Assembly: GCF_004010195.1 (NCBI RefSeq)
Contig: NC_057720.1
Coordinates: 27,240,575 to 27,301,241 of the forward strand
DNA from: Chiloscyllium plagiosum
Lineage: Eukaryota
Direction of reading: 5' to 3'
Length of the DNA stretch: 60,667 nt
In this document: positions 1 to 11,886 of the stretch, in pieces
Layout of the letters: every line of letters starts with the position of its first letter
How positions within the stretch are numbered: position 1 is the first letter of the stretch
Notes under the pieces: generated by a model
What the model was told of the DNA's origin: nothing
The model's database searches: none
Seen by the model: only the letters and a program-made list of their open reading frames with translations
Made by a program: the position numbers and the translations under genes

Positions 1-270
1 ACTGTCCCCTTGACTTGTCCGACCTGCCTAGCTCCTTTTCCACCTATCCACTCCACCCTCTCCTCCCTGACCTATCACCTTCATCTCCTCCCCCACTCAC
101 CTATTGTACTCTATGCTACTTTCTCCCCACCCCCACCCTCCTCTAGCTTATCTCTCCACGCTTCAGGCTCTCTGCCTTTATTCCTGATGAAGGGCTTTTG
201 CCTGAAACGTCGATTTTGCTGCTCGTCGGATGCTGCTTGGATTGCTGTGCTCTTCCAGCACAACTGATCC
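1..270 (+). mobile_element. Penelope-like element (Neptune-type) 3' UTR / pseudo-LTR fragment, cut by window edge
   Basis: Pyrimidine-rich tract followed by TTCCTGATGAAGGGCTTTTGCCTGAAACGTCGATTTTGCTGCTC...GATGCTGC...TTCCAGCAC. The same terminal motif flanks the RT/GIY-YIG element at 9.6-11.9 kb. Confidence 0.85.
180..215 (+). ncRNA. Minimal hammerhead ribozyme motif (PLE type)
   Basis: CTGATGA (184-190), stem II GGGC-TTTT-GCCT, then GAAACGTC (204-211) with a palindromic ACGT stem III. Activity untested. Confidence 0.7.
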
Positions 271-674
271 TTATTCATATTTTGCCAGTCTTATTTTGAT
301 GCTGTGCCTCTATGGTCTAGATTGCTTGCTAGTATCTCAGACTCTTCTAACATCATGTGTGGGTATTTTGCATTCTGTTATCAGAACAGGTGGTGACAGA
401 GTGCAGTTCTAATCAAACAGTGACATTTGCTTTCTCCACTGATGCTATCAGGTCTGCTGAGATCCTCTAATTTTCTGTGTTTGTTTCAGATTTCTAGCAT
501 CCACAGTATTTTGCCTTTGTTAGTGATGTGTGATTTAGTACTGTAATTTGGAAGTACCATTTTGTGAAAACTTTTGGTGAATGCCATTGTCGCCATACAT
601 TTTCTTTTGACCTGTGATTTTCCTTTGAAATGCTATTGTGCCTCTGCTATTTTGTTGAAGCTTAGTTTGCACGT

Positions 675-920
675 TTGATTTGATTTGATTTATTGTTGTC
701 ACATGTGCCTAAGTACAGTTAAAAAATTTTGTTTTGCAAGCAGTACAGGCAGATCATAACACACAAGGACAAAGATCATAGGGTATTTAGACAGAGCAAG
801 GCATACAGACTTACGGCTGCACAGGAGATGCATAAAAGCAAGATCAACTTTTAGATTTGAAATGAAAGAAGTCCATTATTCAGTCTAATAACAGCAGGGA
901 AGAAGCTGTTCTTGAACCTG
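675..920 (-). mobile_element. Non-LTR retrotransposon 3' end (Rex1/L2-like) with (ATCAA)n tail
   Basis: TTGATTTGATTTGATTTATTGTTGTCACATGT...ATAACAGCAGGGAAGAAGCTGTTCTTGAA. A related copy lies at about 51350-51780. Confidence 0.5.
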
Positions 921-999
921 TGATGGACCCAGCAAATCTTGGATTGCATATCTGGAAGGAAATACTTCTACATATTAAGTGAAGAATTAACAGACTCAT

Positions 1000-1206
1000 G
1001 GGAACACCACCACCTTTAAGTTTCCCTCCAAGTCGTTCACCATCCTGATTTGGAAATATATCACCCTTCCTTCACTGTCGTTGGGTCAAAATTCAGTAAT
1101 TCCCTTCTTAATGGTTTGTTGGTCAATCCACAGCAGGTGGACTGCAGTGGTTCAAGAGGCAGCTCACCACCACCTTATAAAGGGCAACTAGGGATGGGCA
1201 ATAAAT
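1000..1206 (+). mobile_element. CR1/L2-clade LINE 3' end
   Basis: GGTTCAAGAGGCAGCTCACCACCACCTT...GGGATGGGCAATAAAT. The motif recurs at about 9445-9580, 18520-18585 and 25900-26030. Confidence 0.6.
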
Positions 1207-2003
1207 TCAAAGAGAACACCATTAACTTAACTGTAGGGACAGGTTGCAGTACAACTGTTTGCAATTTGATAGCGATAATGCCTTTCTGGGTCTTAGGTGA
1301 CAAGGATACTTCATTGTGGACTTAGAAACAGCTGTCAATGTTCCCAAGTATGCATATCTGGTACCTCCCTCTCAATAAAACAATTGAATCTCTTTTTGAT
1401 TTTTAACAACTAAACCACCCAAGCTTACTGTCAGGCAGATGGCGACATATGTTTCTTTATTTACTTTAAATTTACAGATATAGTCCTAAACTATAAAACC
1501 AAAATATAGAGTCCAAAAACATCATAGTCCTATAACCTTCATGATTGCAACAGATTTTTATCATCTAGTAGTCAGAACATATACTTTAATTTGTTTGGAT
1601 GTTGCTGGCTAAGCTGCATTTATTGCCCAGAGGTAATTAAGAGTCAACCAGATTGATGGAGTCAAAGGTAGGCGAGAAAGGATAAGGATGTAATGTTTCA
1701 GTGAACCAGATGGTTTTTTTGCATGACAATCAACAGTGGTTATGCAATCACCGCTACCTTTTAATTCCAGATTTTGATTGAATTTAAATTTCAACTTCTG
1801 CTTTCGTGGGCTTTGAACCCATGTCCCCAGAGCAATAACGTGGGGTTCTGAATTATTAGCGATGCCATTGTCTCCATCTACTGCTGTATTATACTTTACA
1901 GCTGTTCAGTAGTAGATTTAACTCATTTGCAGAAGATGCTAAGATTACATGTAATGATGACCCTGTTGCTGTCATATTATTATGATCCACTGGCCCCAGT
2001 TGT

Positions 2004-3209
2004 TGTGGGATATGCCTAGATGATCCGAGTACCAGCCTTGCCAGATCCCCACCAGGAACCTGGCTGATCATAAATTTTTTGTTACCAAAAAGATCTTTCA
2101 CTAAAATGTTGCAATCTGTTTTATCAATAAAACAAAACAAAATTTCATTAACAACAGAAATGAAGATAAAGACAAAAACACTTTTTCCTTATAACACATT
2201 CAAATGTTTAAACACTGTACAAAACCCTTATAGGTTGAACAGAAAGATGAGCTTTGTAATGGAATCAGTACACCTTCGTAGAGTTCACAACATTGTTGCA
2301 TTCGAAGAACATCTTGTGCACGATCAGGTCCGCTTGTTGCAAGGGAGTTTTTAAAAATACTTTAATAGGCTTGAAGTAATTGAAATTTCAACTTATCTGC
2401 TGGAACTGGAACTCTTGCTTAATTATCATTCTGCTCTTAACTTAGCTTTCTTCTAATGTATACTGTCTTCAGAACTCAGCGGAACAGAGGGCTCTTTGGG
2501 TGCTTCTCCACAGATCCCTAAAGGTGGCTATGAGCCAAGTGGGGGAAAGTGGGACTAGGGAAGATAGTAGTGTATTTTTTTGATGGTTATAGATTTGATG
2601 GGCCGAAGGACCTTTTCTGTATTGTGAGTCTATGATTCTGTCCCTGATACAGCTAAAATTTCTTTTCTTCCTTTTAAAAATTCAAAAACTTCACTTTGCT
2701 TTCCACTGAATGTATCCCAACACTCAGTCACAATACTCCATCAATAGAGTTCTCAGCAATTTGGAGCAAAATACGTGCTTCTCTCTCAAATGACTTCTCA
2801 GTACACATTAAAAGTGAAAGTCAGAACCTGGAAGGTTGTCCCGTAAAACTCTCTGGGTAGGTTAACTTCCTCTCACTTGAAATGATGGGCATTGTAGTTT
2901 GCAAAAGCTAATTGTTAACTCCAAACACAAACAACCTCATATATTGAACTCAGAATTCCAAGAACCCAAACTTGCAGGAGATGATATTAAATTGCATATA
3001 TATATATCTCACTTTCATCACAATAACAAGAGTGAAGTTATCAATGTTTACCTTAATTATTGTGCAAATCAAACAGTAACTTTTGATGCCTATGCATGTG
3101 CAGTTAAATGTAAAACTCATGCTGTTTGACATATCCTGCTTCTTGGAATCTTTTCCAGACCAATACTTTGTTGAGAGTCTTGATGTTGAAATACATACAA
3201 GGCGTGACA
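2004..3209. mobile_element. Possible old solo LTR
   Basis: Begins TGT and ends ACA, flanked by TTGT (2000-2003 and 3210-3213). Contains a short CR1 3' piece at about 2525-2640. Terminal inverted repeat is weak. Confidence 0.3.
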
Positions 3210-3584
3210 TTGTTGTACTTACCCTTTAAGTACTCCACAAAAAATTAGGGATTGTCCATTCACGTAGGAATGGATTTTTGACAGTGTGCTAAATTTCAAT
3301 TATTACTAAGCAACTACTCTGGCATTCAAATTCACATCTACAAGTGTACAAGCATGTTGCTTCAGATTTTCATTATTGTTTGAAACGTTGCTAAAATTAT
3401 GTTTATTCTCTAGTCTCATTCTTCTTTCTCTGTTAATTCTAAAACTATTATTACAAAACTACCAGGACGCATGAACATCACTCTACTTTTATCTGCTTTT
3501 TGCATTTTATATATGCATTTTGTACTTTCAGAAAATGTATGCAAATTTGAAGTGGTACTTTTCTAAATGTTCTGGGTCTGCAGT

Positions 3585-3815
3585 TGCACTTAGTCCAGAC
3601 AAAAGAGCTGAATCTCAGAGGGGGTGTGCGAATGACTGCCTTTGACATCAAAACAACTTTTGGCTAAGTGTGGGTTCAAGGAACCTTCATAAAATTGATG
3701 TTTGAGTGGTAGATGGGGAACTCTACTGACCAGAGTCACATCTAGCACAAAGGAAGATGCTTGTGGTTTTAGTGGCAAAACAGGAGTTGCTCAGGACAGT
3801 ATCATAAGTCCTACC
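3585..3815 (+). mobile_element. Degenerate CR1/L2-clade RT fragment
   Basis: GACAAAAGAGCTGAAT...GACTGCCTTTGACATCAA...CAGGAGTTGCTCAGGACAGT are decayed ALDIKAAFD and GVPQGS motifs. The same family appears antisense at about 16.7-16.95 kb. Confidence 0.55.
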
Positions 3816-4151
3816 TTGACCTGAAATGTTAACTTTATTTCTGCTGAGTATTTCCAGTAATTCTGTTTTTATTTCAGATTTCCAGCTTTTGAAGGATTCT
3901 TCTTTTCACTATATTTCGCTGTTTGATCAGTAGATGTGAGGATGTTTGTTGAGGACTGGAGAGTTCAGAATAATTTAGGACACTGATCATGAAGCAGTTT
4001 GCACCTGTGTCCACCAAAATCTGAGCAATATTCAGTTGAATTATAAGCATTAAATCACCACACCAACATCCTGAGGGGCATGATTGAGTATAAACATAAT
4101 TGAGATATTTTTCTGTGGTCTCCTTTTCTGGAAAATTACTTGTAGTCATTT

Positions 4152-4745
4152 TCATAGAGTCAACAAGTGATACAGCACGGAAACAGCCCCTTCGGTCCAA
4201 CCAGGCCATGCCAACATAATCCAAAACAAAACTAGTCCCACCTGCCTGCTCCTGGCCCATATCCCTCTGAACCTTTCCTATTCATGTGTCTGTCCAAACG
4301 TCTTTTAAACGTTGTAATTGTAGCCACATCCACCACTTCCTCAGGAAGGTCATTCCACACGCGAACCACCCTTTGTGTAAAAAAAAGATTTGCTTCTTGC
4401 ATCTGTTTTAAATCTCTCTTTTCCTCTCCCTTTAAAAATATGCACCTGAGTCTTGAAATTCCCCATCTTAGGGAAAAGACAACTACCATCAACTCTATCT
4501 ATACCTCATTAGTTTATAAATTTCTATCAGGTTGCCTCTCAGCCTCCTGTGCTCCAGTGAAAAAAGCCCCAGCCTTCCTTTGTGTTACGCCAACCTTCCA
4601 TACCCAGCAACATCCTGGTAAATCTCTTCTGACCCTTCTCCAGCTTGATAATATCCTTCCTATAACTGGGTGATCAGAACTGGTAACAGTGTTCCAGTAG
4701 AGGCCTCACCAATGTCCTTTACAACCTCAAATAACTCCGAACTCC
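4152..4745 (-). mobile_element. CR1 (HER1-like) LINE 3' fragment
   Basis: Minus-strand ORF with FFTQRVVRVWNDLPEEVVDVATITTFKRRLDRHM, the CR1 ORF2 C-terminus, followed by the typical 3' UTR. Confidence 0.9.
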
Positions 4746-4755
4746 GATACTCTAT

Positions 4756-5174
4756 GGGGGGTGGGGACAGTCTCAAAATATCATACACACATGCAGCCAC
4801 AAACACAACTTTTTACTGCAACATTTTGACAAATTCCACCTTTGCCCTGTACAGAGCAATGTTGGAGAGATTATCTGGAGAAAGGGGGTTTAGGGTACTC
4901 CCCTGTGTAGAACCCCAGGTAAAGTGGAGGGAGAGAGAGAGAGAGAGGGCAGGTGGTCAATCATTTGGAGACAGTGCCCGGGCTCCCATTGATGTCCAGG
5001 ACTGTTCTCGGCAGCATTTCAGTAAGCCAGGTTCACTTTTTATCGGTGTAAACAAAAGACTCAATCAATATTGGAAACATCTCTTTGATGTAATGTTTCT
5101 ATCAGGACCTTGAGATCTTCTTCAGATAATCTGAAATTTGGATAATTGATATTTGGATAATTGAGGTTCCTCTG
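4756..5174. mobile_element. Tigger/pogo-like DNA transposon, one end only
   Basis: Ends GGATAATTGAGGTTCCTCTG|TA with repeated GATAAT subterminal motifs. The same end is seen at 37253. Confidence 0.65.
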
Positions 5175-5176
5175 TA

Positions 5177-5687
5177 AACAGTTTGTGAGGCCTTGGGAAT
5201 TTTTTGTAAAGGTTGGGACAGTAGAAGTAGCATGAAGGGATGAGGTCAGACTATCACAGAATCAGGAATGTAATTTAACTTTCAGTAGTTGCTGGGTGTT
5301 GAAACTGGATGTGGAAGCTGCGTCTGGGGTTAAAAGCTGGGGTTCTCTTCCAGTTGTTGGCATTGCATGTGAAACAATCTATTTTATTGAATTTGCCTTT
5401 ACCGTGGCTGTGTTTATGGGATGTTAGTATATTGGAACAGTTGCTGTTGAGTAGTTAAATAATCTATTATTCTGTTAAGTTTTCCAACAGAGTTAAGTTA
5501 TTCCTATTCCTCTTTCTTTTGTTTGTATTTCAACTGTAGTGTAAGAATAAAGTATGTTTTATTTCAAGCCTGGTAGATTGACCAGTCGAATTGCATTTGG
5601 AACACAATACCTTAAAAAATAAGAAAAGGTTGGGGTCTTGGCTATCTTCTTATTATATTTTGAGGGAGTCTGGTCTGGTCCGTAACA
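5177..5687 (+). mobile_element. Partial LTR (3' portion), Gypsy-like
   Basis: AATAAA at about 5546, then a U5-like stretch ending GGTCTGGTCCGTAACA. Layout matches the solo LTR at 24083-24822. Confidence 0.55.
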
Positions 5688-5698
5688 TGTGCAATATA

Positions 5699-6796
5699 CA
5701 GAACAACTTTGGTTATCCGAACATCAATTATCTGAACTGAACAAGATTTCAAGGTCCCTGTATGTGCATTTTAATTGAGTAGGAGAATTCTATTCCTCAT
5801 ACATTTAATGCATCATTTTGTAAATTTGAACAGGAATATAGATGCAAGTATGCTTTAATAAATAATTAACTTCAGATATATGCTTGAGACGTGATGTTAG
5901 AGTTAAGCCTTATACTTTTTATAAAAAGGCTCTCCGATACTTATTCCTCCCGAGGACAAAGGTTTGTGACTGTGAACACACAAGAACAAGCCTGAGCTGT
6001 GCACTCTAACAGCAAGATTCCCTCTCAACATTGACTTACTCCGTTTTGCAAACCCACCAATTTGTTTCCTCAGCTCACTCTCCAGAGAGTTAAGTCAAAA
6101 AATGCGCTTGCACTTTTTGTTTCCATTGCCTTTCACTCCTTTTATCCAATGATGACTCTTTTTTTTATTCCAAACAAAAAGTTGTTCAATTTCTTTCAGC
6201 TGACAAGAAAATTTAATGTAACTTTTTTGGTGGGGAGGAGCAAATCATAGTGAGGTAGCACACGTGAAAATAAACATGAGGAAAACTTGACGGGAGGAAA
6301 CACGAGAAAAACACAACAAACCCCCCCCGCAAAGGAAATTGATGAGAGCATGGAAACTGAAGTCAGTGAAAAAATCTTCCCTCCCTTTTGTGTCCCCCCT
6401 GTATTTTGCACCTCTCTCTCTCTCACACACACACTCACTCTCACTAAGGACTGGGCGGTTGCTGAGGAGGGAGGGACAACACTTACTTTGGACGGTTGGA
6501 CAACACTGTCGAGGACCAGGATAAAACTAAGAAAAATGTCAGCGAAACGTTTCACAGACTTTAGTCAAACTCTATCCATAAAGTGATTTTATTTGTAACA
6601 TATCATGAATTTTTAAGCAATATTCAGTGTCTGTACACATTCTATCGATTGAATGAAAAACTCTGTAAACATGCTTTTTTACGTAATTATGTTCTGTATG
6701 GCTTCCTTTGTTTACAATCAGATCAGTTGTCCGAACAATCAGTTATCTGAACAAAATACTCCCCATTCTGTCGTTCAGGCAATTGAGGTTGGTCTG
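5699..6796. mobile_element. Non-autonomous Tigger/pogo-like element, about 1.1 kb
   Basis: TA|CAGAACAACTTTGGTTATCCGAAC ... GTTCAGGCAATTGAGGTTGGTCTG|TA: imperfect 24-bp TIRs, a TA TSD and subterminal TTATC(C/T)GAAC repeats. Confidence 0.7.
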
Positions 6797-7299
6797 TAAG
6801 CAGTAGCCACTGCACTTAGTAGCATCTTCTGGACGATATTCAGAATTGGGAATCATTAGTCTATACCAATCACAACCTACTTGTTCTTCGGAAAGTTTAA
6901 AACAAAGATATCTCAGGCTTTTTGTTGAAAGTTAGTGTTACAAACATTTACCTTAAAAATTATTTAGAAGGAATAAGGCTGCTAGTGCATGCAAATTGAG
7001 CATCCACATTATTTTGTGGTAAGTGAGAGATGCTATATAGTGGAGGCATGTTGGCAAGACTGAGAGATTGCACATGGTCCTGCATTTGTGTGGAGAGTAC
7101 AGGCAGTCCCCAGGTTGCAAATGAGTTCTGTCTGGAGTCCATTCGCAAGTTGATTTGTATGCAAATTGGAACATAATGCAAGATAACTCAAAGCAGCTGC
7201 TCGTAAGTACAGGAGCTATTTGTATGACTCTTCGGAGGGTCGGTGTGGACTTATTGGGCTGAAGGGCCTGTTTGCACACTGTAGCGATTCTATTATCTA

Positions 7300-9443
7300 T
7301 TTTATAGAGAAGTCTGTGACAGTATGAGGCAAGAGTTGACGATGATTGATTATGGATCGCTATTTAAAGAGATGATGGTAAAAAGACAATGGCAAACATT
7401 CAAAAAGTACATGGGCGACTGCAACAATTGTTCATGTCTGTTTGGTGCAAAAGTAAAACAGGAAAGGTGGCCAAGCCATAGCTTACAAGGGACATTAGGA
7501 TAATATTAGATCCAATGAAGTGAGACTCAATTTGGCAAGAAAAAAAACAGACCTGAGAAGTGGGAGCAATTTAGCTTTCAGCAAAGGAGGACAAAGGGAT
7601 CGATTAAAAAAGGGAAAATGACAGTTAAGCTTGCAGAGAACATAAAAACTGACTGTAAAAGTTTCAATAGGAATGTGAAGAGAAAAGGATTAATGAAGAC
7701 AAATGTAGGTCTCTTACAGTCAGAAACAGGGGAATAAATAATGGGGAGTAAAGAAATGGCTGACAAACTAAATGTATTCTTTAGTTCTGTGCTCACAAAG
7801 GAGAGCACAAATAAATTATCAGAAATATTGGGAAACACAGGGTTTATTGACATGGATGAAAATGATGTTAGGGAAATCGATGAGATCGAATGCTGATTAA
7901 ATCCCTTGGCCCTACTAATCAGTGATGCAGAGTACTTAAAGATGTGATCATCTTCCAGGATTCTTTGGCTCTTGGAACAGTTCTTGCAGAATGGAAGGTA
8001 GCTAATGTAACTCCTCTATTTAGGAAGGGAGGTAGAAAGAAGACTGAGAAATACAGACCAGTCAGCCTGGCATCAGTGTGGGAAAATGGTAAAGTCCATC
8101 ATAAAAAATTTAATAGCAGAGCACTTGGACAGTCATTGCAAGATTGGACAAAGTCAGCATGGATTCACAAAATGAAAATTAGGCTTAACAAATCCATGGG
8201 AATTCTTCAAGGATATAACCAGTAAAATTGAGGGGGGAAAATGGTTAATTTGGTCTTTCAGAAGGCTTTCAACAAAATTCCACATGTGAGATTATTGTGT
8301 AAAATTAAAGCACATGGAATTTGGGTTAGTGCATTGACATTGATGGAAAACTGGTTGACAGACAGGAAGCAAAGAGTAGGAATATATGGGTCTTCTTCCA
8401 AGTGGCAAGCAGTGACTCATGGGGTATCGCAGGGGGATCAGTGCGTGGACCCCAGCTATTCACAATATATTTTAATGATTTAGGTGAGGAACTAACAGTG
8501 GGCAGCACAGTGGTTCAGTGGTTAGCACTGCTGCCTCACAGTGCCAGATTCGATTCCAGGGCAACTGTCTGCGTGGAGTTTGTACGTTCTCCCTGTGTTT
8601 GCGTGGGTTTCCTCTGGTGTTCCGATTTTCTCCTACAATCCAAAAATGTGCAGTTTAGGTGAATTGGTCATGCTAAATTGCCCATTGTGTTCAGGGCTGT
8701 ATAGGTTTGGCACATTAATCAGGGGAGAGGAGAATGTACAATGAAGGTAAGCATGCAGATGCACCAAGCAGGAAAGAAAGCAAATGGTATGTTGGCCTTC
8801 ACAGCAAGAGGATTCACATACAGAAGCAGGGATGTCTTACTGCAATTATGCAGGGCCTTGGTGAGACCAGACCACACCTGGAATATTGTGTACAGTTTTG
8901 GTCTCCCTTTCTGGAAGGATGTTTTTGCTAAAGAGACTGCAGTACAGGCTAATTGCACTGACTATTGGGATAGCAGACTGACATTGGAGGAGAGGTTTAA
9001 TCGGTTAACATTATATTCATTGGGGTTCTTAAGAGTAATTGCAGTTCTGTGGAACCTTGTAAAAAACCGATAAAATTCTAACAGGACTCAACAGGGTAAA
9101 TGGAGAAAGGATGTTCCCAATAGTAGGGGTGTCGAGACCAGGGGTCACAGTCTGAGCACGTGGGGTAAACCATTTAGTACTCAGAAGGAGAAGTTTTTTC
9201 ACCCAGAAAGTGTTGAGACTATGGAATTCACTACCACAAAAGCAGTCAAACCCAAAACATTATAGAGTTTTAAGAAGGAGTTGGATATAGCACTTGGAGC
9301 CAAAGAGACCAAAGAATATGGACGAAAAACAGGAACAGGCTACTGAGTTAGATGATCAGCCATGATCATAATGAATGGCAGAGCGAGCTTAGAGTGATGA
9401 ATCACCTACTCCTGTTCCTGTTTTGTAAGTTTCTATGTTTCTA
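7300..9443 (+). mobile_element. CR1 LINE, 5'-truncated and frameshifted ORF2 plus 3' UTR, interrupted by a SINE
   Basis: IFQDSLALGTVLAEWKVANVTPLFRKGG..YRPVSL; FQKAFNKIPH.RLL.KIKAHGI; RPHLEYCVQFWSP; tail GTTTCTATGTTTCT. Confidence 0.9.
8500..8738 (+). mobile_element. HE1-type tRNA-derived V-SINE (3' end missing)
   Basis: GGGCAGCACAGTGGTTCAGTGGTTAGCACTGCTGCCTCACAG head and V-domain TGGAGTTTGTACGTTCTCCCTGTGTTTGCGTGGGTTTCCTC. Confidence 0.85.
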
Positions 9444-10015
9444 ATAGCAATGTGGATGTACCCATAACACATAGACAATTGGTTCAAGAAGGCAGCTCAC
9501 CACCACCTTCTCAAGAACAGTTGGGGATGGGCAACAAACACTGGTCTGGCCAGTGATACCACATCCTGTGAAATAATGACAGAAATGCTTTCAAAATTGG
9601 ACACAATATTCCAACTGGGGGGTGAACTGTATTTTATAAGGCGAAAGTGAGGACTGCAGATGCTGGAGATTAGCGTCAAGAGTATTGTACTGGAAAAGCG
9701 CAGCAGGTCAGGCAGAATCCGAAGAGCAAAATCAATGCTTTGGCCAAAAACCCTTCATTAGGAATGAGACTGTGAGCAGAGGGGGTGGTGAGATAAGAGG
9801 GAGGTGGGTGGGACTGAGGGGAAAGTAGCTGAGAGTGCGATAGGTGAATGGAGGTGGAGGTGGTGATAGGTCAGAGAGGAGGGTGGAGCGGATAGGTGGG
9901 AAGTAAGATGGACAGATAGGATAGGTCATGAGGGTAGTGCTGAGTTGGAAAGTTGGAACTGGGATAAGGTCGGGGAAATGAGGAAACTGGTGACATCCAT
10001 ATTGATGCCATGGGG

Positions 10016-11430
10016 TTAGAGGGTCCCAAGGTGGAAGATGAGGCGTTCTTCCTCCAGATGTTGGGTGGTTAGGGAGTGGCGATGGAGGAGGCCCAGGACC
10101 TGCATGTCCTGGGCAGGGGGGGAGGAGTTGAAGTGTTTGGCCACGGGGCAGTGGAGTTTGTTGGTGCGGGTGTCCCAGAGATGTTCTCTGAAGCGCTCTA
10201 TGAGTAGGCGTCCTGTCTTCCCAATGTAGAGGAGACCGCATCGGGAGCAATGGATACAGTATATAACATGGGTGGAAGTGCAGATAAAACTTTGATGGAT
10301 GTGGAAGGCTCCTTTGAGGTTTTGGATGGAGGTGAGGGGGAAGGTTTTGCAGTTCCTGAGATGGCAGGGGATGGTGTCAGGAGGGGCTGGTGGGTTGGTG
10401 GAGGCGTGGACCTGAAGAGGTATGGTCTTTACGGAAAGTGGATAGGGGTGGGGAGGAAAATATATCTCTGGTGGTGGGGTCTGTTTGTAGGTGGCGGAAA
10501 TAGCGGAGGATGATGCAATGTTGGAGGTTGCTGGGGTGGAAGGTAAGAACCTGGGGTGTTCTGTCCTTGTTGCGGTTGGAGGGGTGGCATTCGAGGGCAG
10601 AGGTGAGGGAAATAGATGAGATGCGCTGAAGGACATCATCAACCGCATGGGAGGGGAAATTTAAAGAGGGAGGCCACTTCTGTTATGGAACTGGCTCTCC
10701 TGGGAGCAGATGCGGCAGAGGCAGATGAATTGGGAGTAAGCATTTTTGCAGGAGGCATTGTGTGGAAGTATGTGTAGTCCATGTAGCTGTGGAAGTTGGT
10801 TGGTTTGTAGAAAATGTCAGTGTTGAGTCGGTCAATGTTGATGGAGATGGAGAGGTCCAGGAAGGGGAGGGAGGTGCCTGAGATGGTCCAGATGAACTTA
10901 AGGTCAGGGTAGAATGTGTAAGTGAAGTTGATGAATTGTTCAACCCACTTGTGAAAGCACGAAATGGCGCCGATACAGTCAGCAATGTAGCGAAGGAAAA
11001 GGTGGGGAATGGTGCTGGTGTAACTATGGAAGATAGGAGTTGAAAAATGTGGTGCTGGAAAAACACAGCAGGCCACTTTCTCCTAATTATGGAAGATAGA
11101 CTGTTCCACTCAACAGACAAAGAGACAGACAGGGCTGTGGCCCATGCAGGTGCCCATGGCAACCCCTTTCGTCTGGAGGAAGTGGGAGGATTTGAAGGAG
11201 AAATGTTTGGGGTGAGGACCAGTTCAGCCAAACGAATGAGAGTGTCAGTGGAAGGGTACTGGTGGGGACATATGAGAGGAAGAAACGGAGGTGTTGGAGG
11301 CCCTGGTCATAGCGAATGGAGGTATATAGGACCGGGATGTCCATGGTGAAGATGAGGTGTTGCTGGCCAGGGAAACGAAAGTCTTGGAGGAGGTGGAGTG
11401 CGTGGATGGTTTCCTGAATGTATGTGAGGA
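10016..11430 (-). pseudogene. Decayed PLE reverse transcriptase / GIY-YIG endonuclease ORF
   Basis: MDIPVLYTSI; FLRYIADCIG (YIDD-type motif mutated); LPFLDLSI..TDIFYKPT; PCHLRNCKT Cys linker; VIYCIHCSRCGLLYIGKTGRLLIERFREH (GIY-YIG). Several frameshifts. Confidence 0.9.
11037..11083. mobile_element. 47-bp PLE micro-insertion nested in the PLE RT
   Basis: TSD TAA(C/T)TATGGAAGATAG at 11021-11036 and 11084-11099. The insert is an inverted terminal arm plus CACTTTCTCC. Confidence 0.75.
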
Positions 11431-11850
11431 GTTCCCTTCACCTTCATCCAAGGCCTAAAGGAGCCTTTCATATCCATCAAAGTTTTACCTGCACTTCCAC
11501 CCATGTCATTTACTGTATACATTGCTCCTGATGTGGCCTCCTCTGCATTGGCGTGACAGGATGCCTACTCACAGAGCGCTTCAGAGAACATCTCCAGGAC
11601 ACCAGCACCAACCAACTTAACTGCCCCGTGGCTGAATACTTCAACTCCCCCTCCCACTCCGCCAAGGACATACAGATCCTGGGTCTCCTCCATCACCACT
11701 CACTAACACCCGATGCTTGGAGGAAGATTGCCTCGTCTTCCACTTTGGGACCCTCCAACTCCACCACATCAATGTGGATTTCATCAGTTTCCTCACCGCC
11801 CCCCCCCACCCACCCCACCCACCCCACCCTCCTCCTAGGCTCACAGCCTC

Positions 11851-11886
11851 ATTCCTGATGAAGGGCTTTTGCCCGAAACGTTGATT
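11851..11886 (+). ncRNA. Minimal hammerhead ribozyme motif
   Basis: ATTC-CTGATGA-A-GGGC-TTTT-GCCC-GAAACGTT-GATT. Confidence 0.7.

Noticed and set aside
919..5687. One large LTR element from TGTGATGGACC to CCGTAACA
   Set aside because: No matching TSD, no gag/pol remnants, and the interior is a mix of unrelated repeats.
6287..6586. 99-aa ORF and overlapping ORFs
   Set aside because: They lie inside a Tigger-like element, span CT/CA microsatellite sequence, and show no domain similarity.
9780..9985. G-rich tract as a promoter or G-quadruplex element
   Set aside because: It is the antisense of the pyrimidine-rich PLE 3' UTR, also seen at 1-180 and 33.75-33.85 kb.
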